Part shown: positions 23,648 through 34,118 of the stretch, piece after piece | Layout: every line of letters starts with the position of its first letter | How positions within the stretch are numbered: position 1 is the stretch's first letter | From: Chiloscyllium plagiosum | Lineage: Eukaryota | Reading direction: 5' to 3' | Assembly (NCBI RefSeq): GCF_004010195.1 | Contig: NC_057720.1 | Span: forward strand, 17,768,456 to 17,827,009 | DNA: 58,554 nucleotides | The notes under the pieces: generated by a model | What the model was told of the DNA's origin: nothing | What the model saw: the letters and a program-made list of their open reading frames with translations, nothing else | Database searches by the model: none | Made by a program: the position numbers and the translations under genes

Positions 23648-23736
23648 TGTTTTTGCAGCAATTTTTGTTACAAAGCATCCAAATATTTAGAAGCTCAGAT
23701 TCCAAAGAACCCATTATGGTCACGGGATCAAGAAAG
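23648..23736 (+). CDS. RPAP2: RPAP2 coding exon 5 ([30 protein letters not shown])
   Basis: AAG| acceptor, AG|GTGAAG donor, 89 nt; FCSxxC second half of the RTR1-type zinc finger. Confidence 0.96.
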
Positions 23737-23804
23737 GTGAAGTATTTGTTCTAAATTTATGACTTGTTCTTAGAATTTGCATTGTTTCCATTGAACTTTC
23801 AGTA

Positions 23805-25372
23805 TCCTCAGGACCTGATCAAGTGTACTCTAGAACTCTATGGGAAGCTAGGGAAGTAATTGCTGGGTCCCTTACTGAGATGTTCCTATCATCAATAGGC
23901 ACAGGTGAGGTGCTGGAAGACTGAAGGTTGGCTAATGTAGTGCCACTCTTTAAGAGAGGTGGTTAAGGAAGCGACAGGGAACTAAACACCAATGAGCCTG
24001 ACATCAGTGGTGGGCAAGATGTTGGAGGGAATCCTGATGTCCAGGATTTACATGTATTTGGAAAAGCAAAGACTGATTAGGGATTGTTAGCATGGCTTTG
24101 TATGTGGGGGAAATCATGTCTCTCAAACTTGATTGAGATTTTTAAGGAAGTAACAAAGAGGATTAATGAGGTCGGTGCAGTGGATATGATCTGTATAGAC
24201 CTCAGTAAGGCGTTTGACAAGATTCCTCATGGTTGCCTAGTTAGCACAGTTAGATCACGTGGAATACAGGAAGAAGTAGCTATTTGGATACAGAACTGGC
24301 TCAAAGATAGAAGACTGAGGGTGGTGGTAGAGGGTTGCTTTCAGACTGGAGGCCTGTGACAAGTGGTGTGCTAAAAGGATCGGTGGTGGGTCCACTGCTT
24401 TTTGTCATTTAAATGAATAATTTTGGTTTGAAAATCAGGAGGTATAGTTACTAAGTTTGCAGATGGCACAAAAATTGGAGGTATAGTGGACAGCAAAGAA
24501 GGTTACCCCAGAGTACAATGGGATCTTGACCAGATGGGCCAATGGGCTGAGAAGTGGCAGATGGAGTTTAATTCAGATAAATGCGAGGTGCTGCATTTTG
24601 GGAAAGCAAGTCTTAGCAGGACTTATACACTTAATGGTAAGGTCCTAGGGAGTGTTGCTGAACAAAGAGACCTTGGAATGCAGGTTCATAGTTCCTTGAA
24701 AGTGGAGTCACAGGTAGATAGAATAGTGAAGAAGGCGTTCGGTATGCTTTCCTTTATTGGGCAGAACATTGTGTATAGGAAGTGGGAGGTCATGTTGTGG
24801 CTGTACAGGACATTGGTTAGGCCACTGTTGGAATACTGTGTCAAATCTGATCTCTCTCCTTTGGAAAGATGTTGTGAAACTTGAAAGGGTTCAGAAAAGA
24901 TTTACAAAGATGTTGCCAGGGTTGGAGGATTTGAGCTATATGGAGAGGCTGAATAGGCTGAGGTTGTTTTCCCTGTAGGGTTGGAGGCTGAGGGGTGACC
25001 TTTTATAGAGGTTTGAGATGTTGAGAGACATGAATAGGGTAAATAGACAAAGTCTTTTTTCCCCAGGGTGGGGGAATCCAAAACTAAAGGGCATAGGTTT
25101 AAGGTGAGAGAGGAAAGATATAAAAGGAACCTTAGGACAACCTTTCCTCTGGCAGCCCATTCCCCACACACACACCACTCTCTGCATGAAAGTGGTAGAG
25201 GCTTGTACAATTACAACATTTTGAAAGGCATCTGGATGGGTATGTGAATAGGAAAGGTTTATGTGGGCCAAGTGCTGGCAAATGGGACGAGATTAATTTA
25301 AAGTATCTGATCAGCATGGTCGAGTTAGACTGAGGGTTTGTTTCCATGCTGTTTATCTCCGTGATCCTATGA
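23805..25372 (+). mobile_element. HER1/CR1 LINE RT region to 3' end
   Basis: ORFs with DLSKAFDKIPHG, WAEKWQMEFNSDKCEVLHFG, LYRTLVRPLLEYCV. Confidence 0.9.
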
Positions 25373-25705
25373 TAGCTATAAGGATGTGTAACAATGGCAT
25401 CATAAATTTGCATTTCAAATTTTAGCTTTATCTCAAAATAACTGTGAACTTTTAAAGCCTTTTTTTTCACCTAGCCAATTTAAAAAGTGATAATATGGGT
25501 GCCTCTGAGGCTTGGGTTATCTCTGCTCTTTTTCCCTTTGGAAATTGGTTGAAATCCAACCTTCAGTAAGGGAATGAAAGTCTCCTCTAAAGTAGATTTG
25601 GGCAGTTGTCCAATTAATGGAGAGGTTTAAGTTTAACTGATGGAAGAAATTGGAAAAGTCTGTGTGGATTTTAAATTATGGAAAATCATGTCTTCTGTTT
25701 TATAG

Positions 25706-25738
25706 GTCTTCTGTATGCCGCTTGTTAAAGGAACAAAG
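25706..25738 (+). CDS. RPAP2: RPAP2 coding exon 6, 33-nt micro-exon (SSVCRLLKEQR)
   Basis: tcttctgttttatag| acceptor, AAG|GTATGC donor; phases 2/2 fit both neighbours; LLKE resembles human FQLLKEEQ as recalled. Confidence 0.88.
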
Positions 25739-26394
25739 GTATGCACAATGATTTAATTGATGTTTTGTGAACTATAATTTTGTTTATTTGACATAATAAA
25801 TTTAAGGAAAACTTTGGTCATGACCAGCATGTTACACATATTCTCCAGTCAAATCATATTAGTGATTTATTAATCAATAACTCATCATTTAGTCAGCATG
25901 GAGATATGATGAAAATACTTGGCAGTAGCACAAGTCATGCATGTGTATTGACTATCTTTAAAATGAGTCGATGCCATTTAAATGTGCTGCTGCTTGTCTT
26001 CAGGACATTTGGGCTTTGATCTTGTATTTAATTCTTTGAAGATGCCTTAATGCAACAAATGTGGTCAATAAAATTGGAATGTGGTTATGTTCATTTGATA
26101 GGAAAGTGATTTTTAGGGAAGTGTTAAGACCTTTTTAAAGAGGCTACTGTTTACAAACATTCTGTAAAAGTTGTGTACAAATGACCAGGAGATGGCGCAT
26201 TTGTCTATAAATTTAGATAAACATTAACAGTCCATTTTTCTATTTTGTAAAGACTGTATATGGGTAATGTCACATTAGGCAGAGCTACTATTGTGCATGT
26301 GCAAAAAACACAGCATTACAAGTAACATAGTTGTTGTTACACCTAATCAGAAGCAGCACTTTCAATCACAACCTCTCAATAATTCTTTCTCTCC

Positions 26395-27190
26395 CTTGTG
26401 CACTCTTGCACACAGAAGAAGTAAACTAAATTAAAATGAAGTAGAAAGGAGAGTTAGAACCATAGAATTTTACAACACAGAAGGAGGCCATTTGACCTGT
26501 TGTGTCTGTACCGGCTACCAAAAGAGCTACCCAGCTGTCGATAATACACTGCAGCCCCCATGATGCCTTGAGTGCATTCCAAGCTCCCTACCCAATGAAT
26601 GGCAATATAAAGAACTCTGAGCTTAGATATTTTAAGTCAGCCTGATCAGATGTTATCAGACACCTCTGGAGCAGGTAGGATGTGAACCCAAGCCACCTGA
26701 TCCAGAGGTAGAGACTACTCGGTCCAATAGCACAAGAACTCAGCTATTAGATAATTTTCTTATCCACCCATTCAGAGATTTTTACACAAATGTAGCCTTG
26801 AAAGTGAGGCAGGTAGTTGAGAACCATGATCTCTGCTGCCTGGACTTATGGCTGGCTGCTTTAACCAGGAGAGACCCAGCTGTTTGTTTTTTAAAATCAG
26901 AGCAGGTGGGACTTGAACCTGAGCGCCAACTCCAGAGGTAGAGAATCACCGGTGTATCATAAAAGCCCTAGAGATTGGCTTATTTTTAAGAACCTCTATC
27001 AAATTCCCCCTTGACTCTAGTAAATTGCTATTTTAACGAACACTGCCAACCAGAGGTGAGTACAGCAATAAGAAACAGGGGAAGAGGAGAGGAACAGGGA
27101 GAAATTAAATTAAAATGAAGTTGAATGGGGAAATAAGGCACTCCAAATACACTGTATCTGCCTCTGAAATTCAGCTTGTTTTTGTCCAAG
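26395..27190 (-). repeat. Repeat with three tRNA-like modules and direct-repeat flanks
   Basis: gagcaggt(a/g)gga..tgaacc...ccagaggtagaga at about 26670 and 26900, a degenerate copy at about 26808; aaattaaaatgaagt at about 26428 and 27107. Confidence 0.45.
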
Positions 27191-27651
27191 ACAAAATTTA
27201 GAAAAAGGACAGTTGTTTTATATTTGGCTAATGCACCATCTCATGATCAATCTTTGTAAGCAATAGCTTTTTGCTAAAAAGACCTCAGCACTTCCCTAAA
27301 AGTCAAAAGTTGCTTTTCAACACAAATGATAAACGCATGCACATTTTGATTTTATCCCTCATTTGTGGCATTAAGGCAGCTTCAGGGAATTAAATACAAG
27401 CCCAAAACTCCTGAAAAAAATTGGCAGCATAGACATTAACCATAACCTGACATGGAATTCCCATCAATGCTGCAAAAACGACTAGTCATTGGAAAATCCA
27501 TTATAACCATTTAAGCCTGTCTACTTAAATTTTACATTAGCCACTACTTTATAATTTTGACTACTAAAGTGCAATCAGAATTTTTTAATGGCTGTCATCT
27601 TGAAACTAGTTTTTCTGTCATTGTTTATAATATTTTATTCTTGACTTATAG

Positions 27652-28624
27652 GGGTAGCGCCGGTGAAGAAGTGCAGCTTCAAAGTTCAAGCATCCATGCA
27701 TCACATATTGATGCTTCTCCCTTTTTGGAAGATCAGGATGTGTCTACCTCCTCAAGTGAAAGCAATAGCAGTGGAGACTCTGACCAAGAGTTTGTTTCCA
27801 ACATAATTATGGGAGAAAAGTGTAGTTTAAAAGCATCAGCACAGAAACAGCTCAAAAAGCAGCAACCAGATATGATTATAAAATCTAAGAAAATGATACC
27901 AGTGTCAAAACATTCCGAAATGGATCATAAAGTAGACAATGTTTTACAAGAATTGAAGAAATGCCATGTTAAGAATGCTGAGACATTAAGTTCTAGGTCA
28001 TCCCAAAGTGGAAAAAGTGAACAGTTGATCTTTACACCAGAAGAAAAGTGCTCCCTGATATCCGAGAAAAACTTGTCTCTGACAACATTGAAAGCAAATA
28101 AAAACTTTACAACACAGGGCCTAAGTAAGAAGGGTGCTGCATCATTAAAGATGCTGATAGCAAAATCAAAACAGTTGAGCCATTCTACTTCAGGTGTTGG
28201 CATATCAGGCAAAAGTAATGTGCTAGAATTACTAAGACAAACACTAATTGAATGGAGGACAGAAGAAACATCAAGATTCCTTTATGGTTCCAATTCAAAA
28301 TGTGCAAAACAGCCACCAAAATGGCCAAGTCCAACATCTTGTGTAACTGCGCAAGAAGAACTTGATGAAGATGACTTGGACAGTCTGGAAGTGGTTGAAA
28401 TTGCCAACCCTAATGAAAATGCCGGAGACAATGACCTGACCAAAGGTGAACAAGTTGGAAGATCAGAAACCACTGCAAAACCATTACCAAATTTTGAACA
28501 ATTAAGACAGGAATCTGACTTTCTTCATTTTAAGGTCAGAGAGTTTTATAAGGGGCAGTATGTGTTGCCTGGGGACAGTGAACACTGTTGTGATGAAAAT
28601 CATCAATCTGTAAATTATGTGCCG
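27652..28624 (+). CDS. RPAP2: RPAP2 coding exon 7, large central exon
   Basis: Inside ORF 27557-28681; TAG| acceptor, CCG|GTAAGT donor; motifs GEEVQL, Ser-rich SSSESNSSGDSDQEFVS, TLIEWRTEET.RFLYG, EELDEDD, KPLP, REFYKGQYVL. Confidence 0.95.
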
Positions 28625-29149
28625 GTAAGTAAGAAACTTTTTTTTTTGAGTTCCGTTATCAAATTATATGATATAGCATGAAATCATCCTCTGTATCAGG
28701 AAATGACTTTCTATAACTTAAGTTGAAGCATTTGCTATATTCTGGTGTGTAGCAGGCCTACAGAGGATTTTGTAACTTTTTGATTTTATGGCTGTAGGGA
28801 CTTTAACAATATTAAGGATAAGAGGATGAGTTGAAGCAATAAATCTGGTAACAACTTGCAATCATCTTGATTACTGCCATAGTTATGTTTCTGGAGTAGC
28901 TCATTCTAAGGTGGTGGTTAAAGAGGACTCCTCTTACCCAATGCCACACTTATATTTCCCATTTTCTGCTACACATTACTGCTCTCCTCAACTCCGTTGC
29001 ATTTTCACTCTTCATTTGGGTACAGTTCCACAATATCATTTTAATCTGATCCAAAGTGAGCACTTTGATCTTAGAGGGGGTGACAAACTAGCTTTAAAAC
29101 CATCCTAAATTGACAAGTACAAACAAGCATAATGGGGCTGTTGTCTGGT

Positions 29150-29312
29150 TTGAGAGAAATGGTAGTGATTTAACCTGAGTATTATCTCAGTGCTGGTGAG
29201 GGCAAGAGAATCCATCATGGTAACCTCAGCCATTGAAAGAATTGAACCCATGCTGACAATGTGACCCTGCATTGCAAATCAGCTGTCCAGCCAACTGAGC
29301 TAATCAACCCCT
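29150..29312 (-). mobile_element. tRNA-derived SINE (second family)
   Basis: Reverse complement: ttagctcagttggctggacagctg...catgggttcaattc; homologous to 29572-29955. Confidence 0.6.
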
Positions 29313-29571
29313 GAAATTAGGTAGCACTGAAGATCAGGCATTGAACCTAAAATCTTGTTTTTCTTCTGTTTTGACCACGAGATATGATCCATACATTAAG
29401 AACAAAAGGACTGATTATCTGATTTTGTAGCCATTGTTTCAAATTTCCCAACCCTAACCCTACACCTCAATCTTTCTCATAGGCGATTTGTCTCAATTTA
29501 AGGTTAAACACAAAGATTAGCATCTAAAATTTACAGGCAAACCTGGAGAAAGAAAATTTTAACTAATAATA

Positions 29572-29955
29572 GAGTTAACCCAACAGTTAGTTGGACAACT
29601 GGTTTGTGATTCAGAGTGATGCCAGCAACATGGATTCAATTCCCACACCAGCTGGGGTTACCTTGAAACACTCTCCTTCTCGACCTCTCCCCTTACTTGA
29701 GGTATGGTGACCCTCCAGTTAAACCACCACCAGTTGCGTCTTTACTGCAACAGCAGCCATATGGTCTGGGTTAGTGGTACTGGAAAAGCACAGCAGTTCA
29801 GGCAGCATCTGAGGAGCGGGAAAATCGATGTTTCGAGCAAAGGCCCTTCATCTGCTTTTCCATCACCACTGAAATCTAGAATCTGGTTTCCAGCATCTGC
29901 AGTCCTTGTTTTTGCCATATGGTCTGGTTTGACTATAGTGACTTTACCTTTTTCA
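29572..29955 (+). mobile_element. tRNA-derived SINE (second family) interrupted by a Penelope mini-insert
   Basis: cagttagttggacaactgg...catggattcaattcccacaccagctg; ends gactatagtgactttacct. Confidence 0.65.
29770..29913. mobile_element. Internally deleted mini Penelope-like insertion with 14-bp TSD
   Basis: Same family as 23031-23250; gccatatggtctgg at 29756-29769 and 29914-29927. Confidence 0.8.
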
Positions 29956-30187
29956 TTATTTTGCTTGGCTAAGGGAGGACTCGAGATAGGTGCTTTAAAT
30001 GAGGTGTCTAAGTAAGCAGAAAAGAGCAAGTATACCATGTGCAAAACAGCAAATGATGCGTCAACTTTTTATTTTTGTACTTTTTAAAGAAGGTCCTGTT
30101 TATAGGTTTCAATATTTTAACACTTATTGAAACGTTGATTGAAACTTCTGTGACTAACTATTTTGGAAAACTTATCAGTCACTGACT

Positions 30188-30404
30188 TACAATCACTCCT
30201 CTGTATGCACAAGGGTTTCGTTTGTGAAACCTCGTGAATGATGAAATTCGCAAGTGCAGAGCTCATTAAACATACAGGCTAAAAATAGGTTAAAAATTGC
30301 AGACACCCAAGTTTTCCCATGGATGTTGTATTTTGTTGCTACTTTTTGGCGCAGAAAGGCAAATTCATGAGTTGTGATCTCACAGATATGGAGGATTTAA
30401 TGTA
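30188..30404. mobile_element. Tc1/mariner (Tigger/pogo-like) MITE
   Basis: TA-flanked imperfect TIRs tacaatcactcctctgtat ... atatggaggatttaatgta. Confidence 0.55.
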
Positions 30405-32109
30405 CTCCAGTTATGACCAGTGCTTGCAATGATGTTATCCTTCCATGTCAGTAAAAGGCATATCTTGTTAATTGTCTTCACTTCATAATGTCTCGACTAT
30501 TGTGGCCTGAGGCCTAGCTCCTCTGGCACAGACTTAACCATGATCTTATCGACTACATTGATTATCTCAAGCTGTTCCATTTCTGCCTGTTCCATTCCTC
30601 TGTCATATTTGGTCAGCTGATCCTCAACATCTTATCCCAGTCAATGCAGCTGTTTGCATGACTTTCTCAAAAATCATTTAACTCTCGCTTGCAATCCCTC
30701 TTCCTTGCTACTAGCCTGGACATTCCCTGGCAATCGCATTGTCTTTCCTGCCTTCAACTTGCATGGAGTTAATCTAGTAGATTAATCTACTGAGTGTTGT
30801 CCTACATAGCATTCGGATACTAGGCAACAGATCTTCTGACATTTTTTCCCATCTCCTGAATGATTTGGTTAACCTTCTTTATAACGTCCTATTCATTCAT
30901 TTGTTCCTCTTCTGTATGCCTGTATAAATCTAGCTTGTTTATTTTCTCCAACCCAATTGCTATTAATGTTACTACTTATGTGCCTACCTTAATCCCTATG
31001 GTACCTAATTGGTTGACGTTTGTTCCCTTCTGATGTGCTTTAATCTTTACCACTACAGATAGCAGCAGCAGTTTTCACTCATTCCTTAATTACTGCTTTA
31101 TGTTGAATATGCCCCCTACCTGAAGTAAAATACCCACTTTAACTCCATACTACCAAATAATCATGTACTACTAGTTGGGCAGTAATGGCAAGTTGGTTGA
31201 TTGGTATGCTCCTCCTGTGAGATGTGGGAGATCAGGAAGAAGTCACATGTTCCTGACAACTATGTCTGCAGGAAGTATCCAACTGCAGCTCCTCTGACTG
31301 CATGGATCAGTTGGAGCAGCAGTTGTACTCTGAGGAACATGCAAGTGGTAGAAAGTTGTATAGATGTTCCAGGGATGTGGTCACATCAAAAGTTTAGCTT
31401 GGTAGATGGGTGACTGCCAGGACAGTGCAGAAGCCCATCAAATAAGGATATTGTTTGGATACTGTTGCGGGGGAATGGCTTCTTGGGCTGGGGGAAGGTG
31501 GGATGAAGCAACAGCCAGATTAGTGGCACCACAATTAGTTGTTGTACATTGCAATGTCAAAGTGTCAGTGAGCGGTAATGATGCTAGGGTTGCTCATCAG
31601 GAACACACACAGGCTTGGGTTTCTGTGGCTGCTAGCAAGACTCCAGGATGATGTGTTGCCTCCCCAGTGCCAAGGTCAAGGATGTCTCTAAGCAACATTG
31701 GACATTCTGAAAGAGGAGAGTGAGCAGCCAGAGGTGATAGTCCATATTCATTCTAATGACTTTGGCATGAAGAGAGATGAGGTCTTGCAAAGGAAATTTA
31801 GGGAGTTGGGTAGAAAAGCAGGACGTCTTTGGTTGTAATCTTGGAATCACTCCCAGTGCCCTGCCAGTGAGGCCAGAAACAGGAAGATATTACAGTTGAA
31901 TATGACTAAAGAACATGTGCAGGAAGGAGGGCTTCAGATGTCTGGATCATCAGGATCTCTTCCAAGGCAAGTGGGTGTAATTTAAGGTGTATAACAAGTG
32001 CGATGAGCTTTGAGCCTGGATTAACTCATGGAATTACAATTTAGAAGCCATCACTGAAACTTGATTGAGAGAAGGGCAGGATTCGCAGCTCAACATTCCA
32101 TGGCTTAAA

Positions 32110-32395
32110 TGGGTGGCACAGTGGCTAGCACTGCTGCCTCACAGCGCCAGAGACCTGGGTTCAATTCCTGCTTCAGGTGACTGTGCAAACTCCACACAGT
32201 CAATCTCCCCGTGTCTGCGTGGGTTTCCTCTGGGTGCTCCGGTTTCCTCCCACAGTCCAAAAATGTGCGGGTTAGGTGAATTGGGTGTGTTAAATTGTCT
32301 GTAGTGTTAGGTGTTGGGGAATGGGTCTGGGTGGGTGGTGGGTCGGTGTGGACTTGTTGGGCCGAAGGGCCTGTTTCCACACTAAGTAATCTAAT
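32110..32395 (+). mobile_element. HE1-like SINE nested in CR1
   Basis: gggtggcacagtggctagcactgctgcctcacagcgccag...gggcctgtttccacactaagtaatctaa. Confidence 0.88.
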
Positions 32396-33709
32396 AAATG
32401 TTTCATGTGTGATAGAGAGGGATATAAAAGGGTTGGGGAGTTGCATTACTGATTTCAGGAGAGTGTCACAGCTACACTGAGAGGTTGTATTGGAGGCATT
32501 ATCTAGGGAAGCCAAATGGGTAGAACTCTAGAATAAAAAGTTGCAGTCACAATGATGAGTTTATACTATATGCCTCCCAATAACTGACAGGAGATAGCAA
32601 AACAGATATGTAGGCAGATCTTGGAAAGGTATAAAACCAGCAGCATTGTTTGAGTGGGTGATTTTAACATCCCCAGTATTGATTCGAACTCCCTTAGTGT
32701 TAGGGGCTTAAATGGGGCAGAATTTGTTAGGTGCATCAGGAGACTTTCTTGAAGCAGTATGTAGATACTCCAACTAGGGAAGGGGTTGTACTTGATCTTG
32801 TAGTGGGGAATGAACCTGGGCATATGATCAAGGTTGCATTGGTGGAGCATTTTTGGCGCAGTGATCATAATTCTAAGTTTTAAGATAGTTATGGGTAAGT
32901 CTAAGACTGGACCTCTAGTGAAATAGCTAAATTGAGGTAGGCTAATTGCAACAGTATTAGGCAGGAACTGGAGAAGTTAAATTGAAAGTGACTTTTTGAG
33001 GGTAAATCCACAATTGACGTGGGAGCATTTTTAAAGGCCAGTTAATCAAAGTTCAGGACCAGTGTGTTGCTGTGAGGATAAAAGATAAAGATGGCACGAT
33101 TTATGAACCTTGAATGATCAGACATTTGGAAAATTTAGTCTAAAAGAAACAAGAAGAATATATAAGATTTAGGCAACTGAAATCAGAAGTAAAGGAAGCA
33201 GGAATGAACTTAAACAAGGAACTAGGAGGCCTGAAAGGGGCCATGAAGTGTGCTTGGCAAGTAAAATTTAGGAGATCCCAAAGTTTTGTTTTATACTTTA
33301 AAGCAAGAGGGTACCTAGGACAAAGGAGGGAATTTTAGTCAAGCAAGAGTAAGTGGGTAGGGTCCTTAATGTATACTTGGCATCGGTATTCACCAAGGAC
33401 AAGAATGAGGATGGTTGTAATATTAAAGAAGATATGTTACTGTTCTCGGGCATGCTGACATAAAGAAGGGGTGGCTTTGATGTCTAGAATAAGATTATTA
33501 GGCAAGTCCCCAGGGTATGATGGAACTTATCCCAGGAAACAGAGGGAATCAAGGGAGGGACTGAAATCCTTATTCTCTTTAGCCACAGTTGATGTCTCAG
33601 AAGACAGAGTAGTCAATGTTGTTCCTTTGTTTAAGAAGGGTAACAGGGATAGTCCAGGAAATTATAGGCCAGTGAGCCCCATCAGTGGTAGTGAAACTTA
33701 TTGGAGAAG

Positions 33710-34118
33710 GATTGGAGGGTTTGAGCTATAGGGAGAGGCTAAATATGTTGGGGCTGTTTTCCCTGGAGTGTTGGAGTCTGAGGGGTGACCTTTTATAGAA
33801 GTTTATAAAATCATGAGGGGCATGGATAGGATAAATAGACAAGGGATCTAGAACTAGGAGGCATAGGTTTAGGCTGAGAGGGGAAAGATATAAAAGAGAC
33901 CTAAGGGGCAATCTCTTCACGCAGAGGGTGGTGCGTGTATGGAAATGAGCTGCCAGAGGAAGTGGTGGTGGCTGGTTCACTTACAGCATTTAAAAGGCAT
34001 CTGAATGGGTATATGAGTAGGAAGGGTTTAGAGGAATATGGGCCAAGTGCTGGCAAAAGGGACTAGATTAGGTTAGGATATCTGATCGGCATGGATGAAT
34101 TGGACCGAAGGGTGTGAT
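33710..34118 (+). mobile_element. HER1/CR1 3' fragment nested in the older CR1
   Basis: Jump from RT N-terminal coding DNA to ttggagggtttgagctatagggagaggct...ggaccgaaggg; host RT resumes at about 34120. Confidence 0.75.

Noticed and set aside
28610..28624. Alternative in-frame donor TCT|GTAAAT 15 nt upstream
   Set aside because: Weaker than CCG|GTAAGT and cannot be supported without transcripts
27557..28681. 374-aa ORF as a standalone gene
   Set aside because: It is the large internal RPAP2 exon (27652-28624) extended into intron sequence at both ends
29449..29462. Telomere-like aaccctaacccta
   Set aside because: Only about two units; expected by chance
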